This document shows, piece by piece, positions 8,487 to 17,316 of a stretch of DNA of 55,082 bases. The notes under the pieces are model-generated. The model was given only the letters and a program-made list of their open reading frames with translations, was not told where the DNA came from and searched no databases. The DNA comes from a virus (taxonomy: Duplodnaviria > Caudoviricetes): IMG/VR virus record IMGVR_UViG_3300030430_005159, positions 1-55,082 of that record, one strand, 5' to 3'. The position numbers and the translations under genes were made by a program. Every line of letters starts with the position of its first letter. Position 1 is the stretch's first letter.

Positions 8487-9095
8487 TCAGGTAGACGGGT
8501 TGACGATGTCTACGCAGAACACGTCTGAGCGGCAGGAGTTACTCGCCGACGCTGCACTCCATTGAGCACTGATAGCAAGAGTCTGCTCCACAGTTGTGTC
8601 GAGTGCAAATGACGCCTTGATTGTGCGCTTGGCTTGTGTCCCAACGGCATCGGGATCTTGATACTCACACATTGCTACGGCTGTACCAGAAGAACCAATG
8701 GTGCGAACTTGAATCACAGCATCGACATAGAAAACATCATTTGCAGCTACTTCAGCGTCAGTAGTGGTAATAATTTCTTCTCGGCTAGCCAGTGCAGTTG
8801 ACGTTGGTCCGAGGCTCAAGAAAAACTGAAGATCGGGATTACTTGTTACCGCAGTAACAATGCTCATTCCTTGAACACGAATGGTCGAACCGGCAACAAG
8901 CGTGTTGGCAGGAATCGCCAAAGAATCCAAAGCGGTTTCGGTCGTTGTGTTGGTGAGTGCGGAGCTAGCAGCCGTCTTCGTGGCAGCTTGACCACCAACA
9001 TGCATTTTGGCTCCACCACCGCGACCGTGGTCAACCATCATTGCAATACCGTGTTCGAGGGCGCGGCCTCCGGTCAGTTCAGGAATTTGAGACAT
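8487..9095 (-). CDS. Hypothetical virion structural protein (beta-sandwich-like)
   Basis: 202 aa, Thr/Ala/Val-rich; IPANTLVAG and TLAISAQWS motifs typical of phage structural proteins; GGAG RBS. Confidence 0.65.
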   Translation of the reverse strand: MSQIPELTGGRALEHGIAMMVDHGRGGGAKMHVGGQAATKTAASSALTNTTTETALDSLAIPANTLVAGSTIRVQGMSIVTAVTSNPDLQFFLSLGPTSTALASREEIITTTDAEVAANDVFYVDAVIQVRTIGSSGTAVAMCEYQDPDAVGTQAKRTIKASFALDTTVEQTLAISAQWSAASASNSCRSDVFCVDIVNPST

Positions 9096-9191
9096 TTAAT
9101 ACTCCATATGGGGAAGGGGAAGTGGATTCGGGTTTAGGGTAACACAATGACCTATATACGTGGACTTATATTATCAAAGCAACATCGGTAC

Positions 9192-12100
9192 TTATTGTTT
9201 ATCGGTTTTTGTCTTGTACGTCTCGATGTCCCCGCGAAGCGCACGATTGATTGGTTTTTCGATAACAGGATTTGGAGCCAATCCGCCTAATAAGATTTTT
9301 GTACCTTCGAGCGGGAAAAATTGAACTCTTGGCAAACTAATTCGAGTGCCATCGCTGGAGACAAATGTAAAGGGTTGACCCATGCGAACGGATTGCGTTG
9401 CCGTCTCAAGATCGAATCCACCAACCCGGTCACTCGGGCGTACGAAGGTTTCTTGTCTTTTGTCTCTCGCAAAGCCCAACTCAACAGCACCCGGAATGTA
9501 CGCCAATGCAGGCTTGTCTCCAGAGATGTCTCGGACGAAGTCAGAAACTTGAAGACCAGACTCAATGACTCCAATGTTGGATCGTGCCACAGCCTCAAGC
9601 ATTTTGCCCGCTCGCCCAGTGAAGGGAGTCTGCAAGAAATTCAAAAAGAAAGCCGCACGTTTTTTGTTGTTGGCAACGTAAATTCCGTGGCCGGGCGTCT
9701 CCAGCTTCTCGGGATTTATATACTTTCCTTCATCGTCTGCGAAAGTTCTTTTGATTGAGCCGTAAGGAATGAACTGGATGTCCAAGGAATCTCTGAGCGC
9801 ACCGCCAGTAATGTCATCGTCTAACTGCACGATGTATGAGGGGACTTGGAATGTCGCACGATCCAAGTCGAAGCCGCGTGGGTCCCGACCTATTGCCTGT
9901 TGAAGCAACTGTGATATGAATGGGTTCGCGCGATTGAAAACAGCGTTTAAAGAGGCTTGTTGCTCCAGCGGTCCGACACCGACGCCGATTGAACTTACAA
10001 GCTCTACCAAAAGCTGAAGAATGTCAGCCACCAACATGTACGGCAACCGCACCATTTTGCCGCCAATCATAAATGGCAACGTCACACGAGTCTTGTCATA
10101 CGGCGCCATCCCCAACTCGGGATCTTCGAAATCCAAAGCCTGCAACTGGCTGTTCCGCGCTAACTTCAGTTGGGCAATAATTTTATCTGGATTTTCAACT
10201 AACGTCCGAGCAAACAATTGAGACGCTTGAGAGAAATAGGTCCAAAAAGCGAAGAATGCTTTGAAATACTCTTTATCCATCGCGGATACTTGACTGTAAT
10301 CCAAAGCGATTTTTCGAGTCCCTGTAGCCGCAGCTTGCAAAGATTGTCCCTCATCGACAAGCTGTCGCGCGATGCTGATTCTGGAAATGAGATCGATGGA
10401 ATTAAAAACTTCACGATAAAAATTGTTCAACCGAGCCACAGGATTATTTGGACTCAAAAGTTTTCCGATTGTTAGACCGCCAGCGGATCCGAGCGCCATT
10501 CCTGTTGCAGCACCTACAGGTCCAGCGTTCATGAGGCCAATCGCAGAACCCATGACCCCACCAATTCTCATCGCTGTAAACTCGGGATGTGCTTTGAAGA
10601 ACGCATCACGAATTCTGTTGGATGCTTGTGGGCTGGCCACGGACGCAGCAAACGATTTGTTGAAACCATTGGCAATGAAGTTGTTTGCAAAATGTTCTGC
10701 TGTAAAAATGCGCCCATCAGGTGTGACGTGGGGCCGAGTGTCGGGATTAGATTTGCCGTGACCAAACATTCTGGCCACGACTCCAGCGCTGAAGTTGACT
10801 CCACCTCCGCGCATTTTGTCGGCCGCCAGTTCGATCGGAGTTCTCAAGGTTTCGGCAGCAACCCTCCCTGCTGCTTTTGTGCTCAACCCAGCGTGAATCT
10901 GGCTCAGGCCACCCACAAACATACTGAATGCGTACGGAAGCATTGGCAAGCCTCCAACACCAATCAAAAGTCTGCGGTAATGGGTGGAGGGATTGAAAAC
11001 TAAATCGCCTAACTGCCCAATCATTGTGAGCGTGTTGGACAATTCTTGTTTCGAAAACTTTTTAAGGGCCTCGATATCGAAAGTGTCTGGAATGCTTTCA
11101 TTTTTCTTGTAGAAAACAATGTTGTTTTCACCAATATTTCGTTCGAAATATTTACCAAAAAAAGTTGTAGATACACGCCTGTTGGTTTGTTCAAATATTT
11201 CATTGATGCTATTCAATAGATTATCTGGAATAAGGAATTTTTTGTCACCCAAAAACACCTCGGCAAGGTCGCCTTTAGCGCGAGGGAGGCCAAGAGAGTC
11301 CAATATTCTGCCAGCCTCGAAACGGGCCTCGTTTTCGAACCGCGTGTATGCTTGATTTCTGTTATCGATGTATTTTTCTTCAAAAACACCGAGCGCATCT
11401 TTCACCGGTCTGCCAGCAGGTATTACTTTATCTCCAGCATCCGGTGTCTTGACTATGGTTGTTTTGGTGTCGAATCGCAACTCAGCGCGAATAAACTCGG
11501 CAACCAAGTCTGTGTATTTTGCGCGATCGGCGGGCATGCCCTCAACAGGGTCCAACGTGTCAACAATTTGCCGCCTAAATTTAGCGAAGCCGAGATCAGA
11601 AAGTTGCTTCCCGATTGCATTCAACATTTCATCTTGCTTCATATAAACAAGAATATTTGTCATCATGCTTAGCTCATCACCATATTGTTCGAAATTCCTT
11701 TCGCTTTCCTTTGTGAAAGCCTTCTGTTCTTCGAGTGATCGCCTATATACATCCCTTGATTTTGCTATCAATCCGCCGAGATCTTTTTCGGTCGTCGCTA
11801 CAGCTTTGACTCCAAGCATATTTCCAGTATAAAAATCTTTGTATAACTTTCGTACTGTCTCATGAGAAAAACTATATGTATTAATATTTTTAATTGAGTT
11901 CGCGTCTAAATCTCCGACTGCGCGAGCAAACAAGCTGTTTGTGGTCGCAACAACGTAGTCTCGCTTAGATTGCAAACCGGTCATCAAAATTTGCACAGAC
12001 TCAGCGATAATATTCATCTGCTCCTGAGTAAGGGGGGCATCATCGAGTCCGACCTTTTGAATTTTTAGTTGCCGCAGCGCTTGAAGTGATTTGCGCTCCT

Positions 12101-15100
12101 GACGAGTCATGCCATGGAACCCATCCAAAAGATTTTGAATGGCGTAAAGCTCTTTGTAAAGGACTGGCAATGTGACCGGATCGTCTGCTATTTCGAAACT
12201 TTTAGGAACCCGAAACCCGAACGGCCGAGCGTCAGCAGTTTCGGCATTTTCAAATGCGCGTCGAGTGTCTGCATCGATTCGAGTCTTGTACCCCTCAAAC
12301 AGATCTGTGAGTCGAAATAGCTGGTCGACACTTTCCAGAGCGATTCTGGGTACGAACACCTCGACCATGTCCTTATAAAACTCAAATGGGAACTTTGATG
12401 GATGCGCCTCCGCAAGCCGTGCAAGCTCATTTGGCACGTCTGCCAGACTACGAAGCCACTTGTCCCATTGCGCTACAAACGCTGGATCCGCGTTCTTTTT
12501 TGTGATTTTCGGCAACTCCGCGAGGAACTTTTCCGAAACAAAATCGAGGATGCTTGAAACCCAAGCGAAGTAGGGAACACCGTAAAACCTGAACATCGCA
12601 AAATATTGAGAAACATTTGCGAGATAGCCGGGATGAACTGAATTTCGATCGAGCCTATGAAGTGGGCTTACAGCGGTATCCTGCACCACCTGAATAATTT
12701 TATTGAACTCATTCACGGACAAAATTGTGAGGTTAGCGTCGGGATCCAACAGGCTTATCGGAAGATTGTTTGAAAGAGGGCTCTTGCCGAGTTCTTGAAG
12801 CAAAGTTTTCAGCCCGGCCTGCTCTACTGGCTCCAACACCAAAAACGGCTCAGTGTTGATGATTGTTTGAAGTTTTGTTTGAGCTTTGCGATGCAGCGGC
12901 ATCGCCTCTCTTTCTCGAATGCGGTTTGCAAATGCAGTGATATCTGCCTGTGTGACACCCTCGATGTCCTTGCCCATACCGATATCGGTGAAACCTCGCT
13001 CGCCGTCCTCAGCAAAGTTTCGCCCTCTGGTTCTGCGACCGATTTCATCTGGGGGTAAACCCATGGCGTCAGTCATCATTTGACGTTGTTTATCAATGAT
13101 TGCGGGAACTCTGAACTTCGGCACCGAAAATCGCTCTGTACCCACCGTTACATCAGTTCCCGCACGATGTGCTTTGCGAAACTCTTGAACTCGGATCAGT
13201 GCATAAATTTTATGACCAATATCAATAGGGTCATAGGCAAAGTCGTCAAACGTCTGACGTGCAGAACGCGTTCTTTGACCAGTCCGGGCATCCACTCCCT
13301 CATCCACTACAACTCGCATTTTCAAACCGAAATATGAACGCAACGCCTCCAAAGACATGTTCATTTCGGTTGCAGATGCGGCCGCAGCAACACGGCGTTT
13401 ACGATCGTTAAAAGAACGCTCTTGTTCAGTTCCGCTTACAATGATCGGATCCCGATTTCTCCTGCGTACATCCGACACAATCGCCTGCACAGCGTATCGA
13501 TCCTGAGGAAGCTCACCAAACTCAAGATCCCAGTACTCACGAACTTGACGTGGCAATAGGCCGGGTCGCTTTCGCAGCTTCGAAAAGAAATGATGCAGGT
13601 TGAACCAGAGGTTGTGCATCAGGTCTGATGTGTACGTGTCTGATAATGATTTTGTTCTTCGGTAATGGGTCCAAGCGGACGACAACTCATCACTGCCAGT
13701 TTTGGTAAGCGTTGCCACGCCGGCATCGTCTACCGTGTGGTCGAACATCTTGATCAGCTTTTGAGAAAACTCAGGACCGGTCAAACGAATCAACAATTGT
13801 GAATCGGCAGACCAGAGGTCATCGATTTTTCCATCTTTGAAAATGCTTAGTACGGCTTTGCCGGTTGCAGCGTCGTATTGAAAGTCCGATGCCGGAACAT
13901 CACCATCACCCTGCAATCGCCTTCTGCCGGCGGCTGAAACCAAGTCCATGTTGACATCTGGGCCTTCGTCCAGAAAACGAACCTCAAGGCCGTCGATGAC
14001 TTGTTCTGCAAAGTTGAAAGGAGTCCTCGTGTCGTCTGCTGCCTTGAATGCGCGGTGCTCGATCTGTGCGAGAAACGTTGCCCCATCGTCGGCGCTAATT
14101 CGACCCTGTGATACCGCATCGTTGATGGATTTACGAATGTTGCCGAACGCAGGTGATGACCGAAACGCAGCAACACGATGATTGCCGAGTTTTCGTATGA
14201 CTGCTTCGGCGGATCGTGACACTTCACCTGATTGTCGTGTCACTTGTTCAAAAGCAGCAAGCACAACTTTGAAATCCACACCGATTGCATCGGCAATCTT
14301 TTCAGCAGTTGCACGTTCGAACGCAGTTAAAACCAGCGGGTCGTTGCCTCTTGCGCCTTTTGGTCGCTGCAACGGGTTGACGTTCCGGTTGGTCATGTCG
14401 ATCGCTTGGTCATGCAAAATGTTTCGCATGTTCAACACGGGATCCACGTTTTTATCTCGTGTCGTGCTCCCCATGACTTCTTGTTGGAACGCTCGATTCT
14501 TGAATCCCGGAGCATAGAACCTTTGACGGCTTGCGTATTTTGCGGCACCCGTAGTCATGGTAGCGGCTCGCTTGACGCCTTGAAGCAAGCCTCGCTCAAC
14601 ATTCATCATGTCGAGGGCGCCGCCCGTCAGGTTTGCAAAGTTGTATCCGAAGTCTCCCGGCTTCAAACCCTTGGAGCGAGCGATCTCGTTGAATGCAACG
14701 CCGAAGCCACCTGTTCCCGTGACAAGTCTTGCGTGAGCCTTAGCAAAATAACTTGAGTTTGGTGGTCGAATCCCGATACCTCCCATTCGGTCCAAACCGG
14801 CGCCGGTGGGAAGAGCGATACCGTTTGGAAGACCGAGGGACTCGAACAAAGGCTTGGATGTTGGGGTGGGGCTGAACCCGACCTCCACTTCGGAAAGCAG
14901 TGTTGGCACCGCATTTGCCAAGTCGGTCAATTGACCCATTGTGGAACGTTTCATCAAAACGCCATGATCGTCCGTCTGAACAGGCTTGAGGTATACACCC
15001 AAGGCTTCTTTTTCTGTGATCCGAGTCGCGCGCGCGCCTGTTTCCTCGTTCAAATATCGATTCGTTTCATTTGCCCACGCCTTGACCGCATCGAAGTCAG

Positions 15101-16721
15101 GGGTTGTATTTTCAATCAACGCGGGAAATCCGAAAGAATGACGAAACACACCTGTTGGGATTGCATTGATCATCGACTGCAATTCGGCATCCGTAGCCGA
15201 CATGTCATGAACCGCTTTGATTGCGCCCATCACGTCCGGTGGCAGATCATATTGAAACATCGGATGATCTTCTTTGATCTGGCGAGCAAACTCGATGAAC
15301 GTCGACAGGTCAGGCATCTCTCCGCGCAGTTCAGGGGGCAAGGAGTTGTACGATGAACTGTCAATCCAGTCTTGAATTACTGGCTTGATTTCGTCTTCTT
15401 TTTCAATCTTTACATCGACGTTGTGAAAGCGATCGAGCGCAACCCAATCATCATCTGTGGGCTTTTGTTTGCGAGAAAGAGCATCGACATCCGCCTTTCG
15501 CTTAACCAAAAAGTCCTTCCGTACTTGAGAGCGCATCTCTTTGTACTCATCAGACCTACCCACTTCATCTACAATCTCATGAAGGCCCAACAAAAAGTCA
15601 TCGCCTACAAAGTTTACAAATTCACGAATTGATCGAGTTGCCATCAGTGACGTAAAGAAGTTCGTCGGCACGATGTCTTGCTGTTCAAGCTCTGCCTCAA
15701 GTTTTCGAATTGACTCAGAGCCTTTGTTCCTCAGATCGTCCGCAGAGTTGACCTCGTTGTCCCGCGCCCACTCTGCGACTTTTTCAACACCCAAATATTC
15801 AGCAAGCTCAACAATGTTGTTTACGGCCTCGTCACGGACAGCAGGGGAAGACACCGCCAAGAAACCCACCATGTCGTCTGGGATCCCCATGAGCGTGTAC
15901 AGCCGTTTTGTGAGATCAACGGCGTATTCTCTGGAACTGTATTCTTCAGGCAAAGCGGACAGTCCGCCCAGCACCAATGACGAGGCCGATCCAAGACCGA
16001 AACCCGTCAATCCACCCAACAGACCGCCGCCCACCAAGCCCACGGGACCCGCTGCCTTAAACCCTCCGATGGCACCGACACCTGTGCCCACAGCAGTGGT
16101 TGCCAATGTGAGCGCCTCCAACCTTTCGGGTGTGACCTCGATTCCTAGAATTTCTGGTTCGTCGATTCGCTCTCGAATCAGTTCGAAGTTTTCATCGACA
16201 ATCCTTAGCTCTTGCGCTTGCTCTCCAGTCAACAAGGTTGCAGGATCAGGATCTGGATCAGTTATTGCGTCAGCAAACTTGGCAACAGATTCGCCAAAGG
16301 TCAGGCCCTCGAACATCTCTTGGCTGCGCTGCAATTGAACATCGAAAATCGGAATGGTGCCGGATGCTCCAGCACGGGTGCGAAGGGACACAACAGAAGG
16401 AGTCAAAAACAGGTTTGTATCGAGGGGGTCCCCAACAATTCTGCTTTGATCTTCGATGAATGTGGAGGGATCGTACGTTCTTCCGACAATTGCGTAGCGC
16501 ACTCGCTGCTCGATTTGTTCGTCCGTATCATCGGGGAACTTCTCAATCGAATCAGCGCGTATCTGAGACTTAAACGCAGCCAATGCTTCGTTTCGTTCCT
16601 GTAGATTGATTTCTACTGGAGGTTCGAGGCGAAAAATATCCTCTTCTTCATAGCCGGGAGGAGCCTCTGGCGTGGCGTCGGCAACATCGAACGCAGTAAA
16701 GTCGTCGTCTTTTCTCGCCAT
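9192..16721 (-). CDS. Giant (~2500 aa) internal virion / DNA-ejection-type protein
   Basis: Single very long ORF; likely start MARKDD at 16721; largely helical with two Gly-rich hydrophobic hairpins; positioned after the tail genes like podovirus ejection proteins. Confidence 0.7.
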   Translation of the reverse strand: MARKDDDFTAFDVADATPEAPPGYEEEDIFRLEPPVEINLQERNEALAAFKSQIRADSIEKFPDDTDEQIEQRVRYAIVGRTYDPSTFIEDQSRIVGDPLDTNLFLTPSVVSLRTRAGASGTIPIFDVQLQRSQEMFEGLTFGESVAKFADAITDPDPDPATLLTGEQAQELRIVDENFELIRERIDEPEILGIEVTPERLEALTLATTAVGTGVGAIGGFKAAGPVGLVGGGLLGGLTGFGLGSASSLVLGGLSALPEEYSSREYAVDLTKRLYTLMGIPDDMVGFLAVSSPAVRDEAVNNIVELAEYLGVEKVAEWARDNEVNSADDLRNKGSESIRKLEAELEQQDIVPTNFFTSLMATRSIREFVNFVGDDFLLGLHEIVDEVGRSDEYKEMRSQVRKDFLVKRKADVDALSRKQKPTDDDWVALDRFHNVDVKIEKEDEIKPVIQDWIDSSSYNSLPPELRGEMPDLSTFIEFARQIKEDHPMFQYDLPPDVMGAIKAVHDMSATDAELQSMINAIPTGVFRHSFGFPALIENTTPDFDAVKAWANETNRYLNEETGARATRITEKEALGVYLKPVQTDDHGVLMKRSTMGQLTDLANAVPTLLSEVEVGFSPTPTSKPLFESLGLPNGIALPTGAGLDRMGGIGIRPPNSSYFAKAHARLVTGTGGFGVAFNEIARSKGLKPGDFGYNFANLTGGALDMMNVERGLLQGVKRAATMTTGAAKYASRQRFYAPGFKNRAFQQEVMGSTTRDKNVDPVLNMRNILHDQAIDMTNRNVNPLQRPKGARGNDPLVLTAFERATAEKIADAIGVDFKVVLAAFEQVTRQSGEVSRSAEAVIRKLGNHRVAAFRSSPAFGNIRKSINDAVSQGRISADDGATFLAQIEHRAFKAADDTRTPFNFAEQVIDGLEVRFLDEGPDVNMDLVSAAGRRRLQGDGDVPASDFQYDAATGKAVLSIFKDGKIDDLWSADSQLLIRLTGPEFSQKLIKMFDHTVDDAGVATLTKTGSDELSSAWTHYRRTKSLSDTYTSDLMHNLWFNLHHFFSKLRKRPGLLPRQVREYWDLEFGELPQDRYAVQAIVSDVRRRNRDPIIVSGTEQERSFNDRKRRVAAAASATEMNMSLEALRSYFGLKMRVVVDEGVDARTGQRTRSARQTFDDFAYDPIDIGHKIYALIRVQEFRKAHRAGTDVTVGTERFSVPKFRVPAIIDKQRQMMTDAMGLPPDEIGRRTRGRNFAEDGERGFTDIGMGKDIEGVTQADITAFANRIREREAMPLHRKAQTKLQTIINTEPFLVLEPVEQAGLKTLLQELGKSPLSNNLPISLLDPDANLTILSVNEFNKIIQVVQDTAVSPLHRLDRNSVHPGYLANVSQYFAMFRFYGVPYFAWVSSILDFVSEKFLAELPKITKKNADPAFVAQWDKWLRSLADVPNELARLAEAHPSKFPFEFYKDMVEVFVPRIALESVDQLFRLTDLFEGYKTRIDADTRRAFENAETADARPFGFRVPKSFEIADDPVTLPVLYKELYAIQNLLDGFHGMTRQERKSLQALRQLKIQKVGLDDAPLTQEQMNIIAESVQILMTGLQSKRDYVVATTNSLFARAVGDLDANSIKNINTYSFSHETVRKLYKDFYTGNMLGVKAVATTEKDLGGLIAKSRDVYRRSLEEQKAFTKESERNFEQYGDELSMMTNILVYMKQDEMLNAIGKQLSDLGFAKFRRQIVDTLDPVEGMPADRAKYTDLVAEFIRAELRFDTKTTIVKTPDAGDKVIPAGRPVKDALGVFEEKYIDNRNQAYTRFENEARFEAGRILDSLGLPRAKGDLAEVFLGDKKFLIPDNLLNSINEIFEQTNRRVSTTFFGKYFERNIGENNIVFYKKNESIPDTFDIEALKKFSKQELSNTLTMIGQLGDLVFNPSTHYRRLLIGVGGLPMLPYAFSMFVGGLSQIHAGLSTKAAGRVAAETLRTPIELAADKMRGGGVNFSAGVVARMFGHGKSNPDTRPHVTPDGRIFTAEHFANNFIANGFNKSFAASVASPQASNRIRDAFFKAHPEFTAMRIGGVMGSAIGLMNAGPVGAATGMALGSAGGLTIGKLLSPNNPVARLNNFYREVFNSIDLISRISIARQLVDEGQSLQAAATGTRKIALDYSQVSAMDKEYFKAFFAFWTYFSQASQLFARTLVENPDKIIAQLKLARNSQLQALDFEDPELGMAPYDKTRVTLPFMIGGKMVRLPYMLVADILQLLVELVSSIGVGVGPLEQQASLNAVFNRANPFISQLLQQAIGRDPRGFDLDRATFQVPSYIVQLDDDITGGALRDSLDIQFIPYGSIKRTFADDEGKYINPEKLETPGHGIYVANNKKRAAFFLNFLQTPFTGRAGKMLEAVARSNIGVIESGLQVSDFVRDISGDKPALAYIPGAVELGFARDKRQETFVRPSDRVGGFDLETATQSVRMGQPFTFVSSDGTRISLPRVQFFPLEGTKILLGGLAPNPVIEKPINRALRGDIETYKTKTDKQ

Positions 16722-16728
16722 TTCTTCC

Positions 16729-17316
16729 TCAGAGTCTTGTTTCAAGCATTAACGAGTCGGCCTCATCATCCATCATGTAATCTTTAAAAACTTCCGGCAA
16801 ACTTTTCAGGGGATCCATTGGGCGAAACCTCCCTTGCGAAATGTCTCCATGCTCGAAGTGAAGGTGCGGTCCCATGCTGTTGCCGGTTGAGCCGGCTTGC
16901 ATGATCACATCACCCGCTAAAACTTCATCCCCTACTTTGAGGTTCGAGGGTATTGATGAGCCATGGAAGAAGCGTGTTTGCGTTCCATCATCGTGATCCA
17001 CATAAACGGAGATTCCAGCGGCACCGCTCGGGTCTTTTTTCATGAATGAAATTGTTCCGTCCATGACAGACATGATGTCGAGGTTGCCGTCAGCAGGACG
17101 CGCTCGCAAGTCCACGCCCTCATGAGCACGGCCCTTGCGAGGCCCAAACACGTCTGTGATAACGAGATTGCCCATGCGGTCCGGCTTTGTCGGTGGATGA
17201 AAAGCAAGTCGGACATCCACTGGTGCAGATGGCTGAAACGTCACATCTTTCGGAAGCGTCTGTTCCGCAAGAAACCGGACGTTTCTTTGGTACTCCTCGT
17301 CGTCGTGTTTGCTCAT
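16729..17316 (-). CDS. M23-family metallopeptidase (peptidoglycan endopeptidase)
   Basis: HEGVD (HxxxD), GSTGNSMGPHLHFE (HxH), LKVGDEV motifs. Confidence 0.9.
   Translation of the reverse strand: MSKHDDEEYQRNVRFLAEQTLPKDVTFQPSAPVDVRLAFHPPTKPDRMGNLVITDVFGPRKGRAHEGVDLRARPADGNLDIMSVMDGTISFMKKDPSGAAGISVYVDHDDGTQTRFFHGSSIPSNLKVGDEVLAGDVIMQAGSTGNSMGPHLHFEHGDISQGRFRPMDPLKSLPEVFKDYMMDDEADSLMLETRL

Noticed and set aside
9145-9185. Possible promoter upstream of 8487-9095
   Set aside because: AT-rich gap with only a poor TTGCTT-N18-TATATA match; too weak to call.
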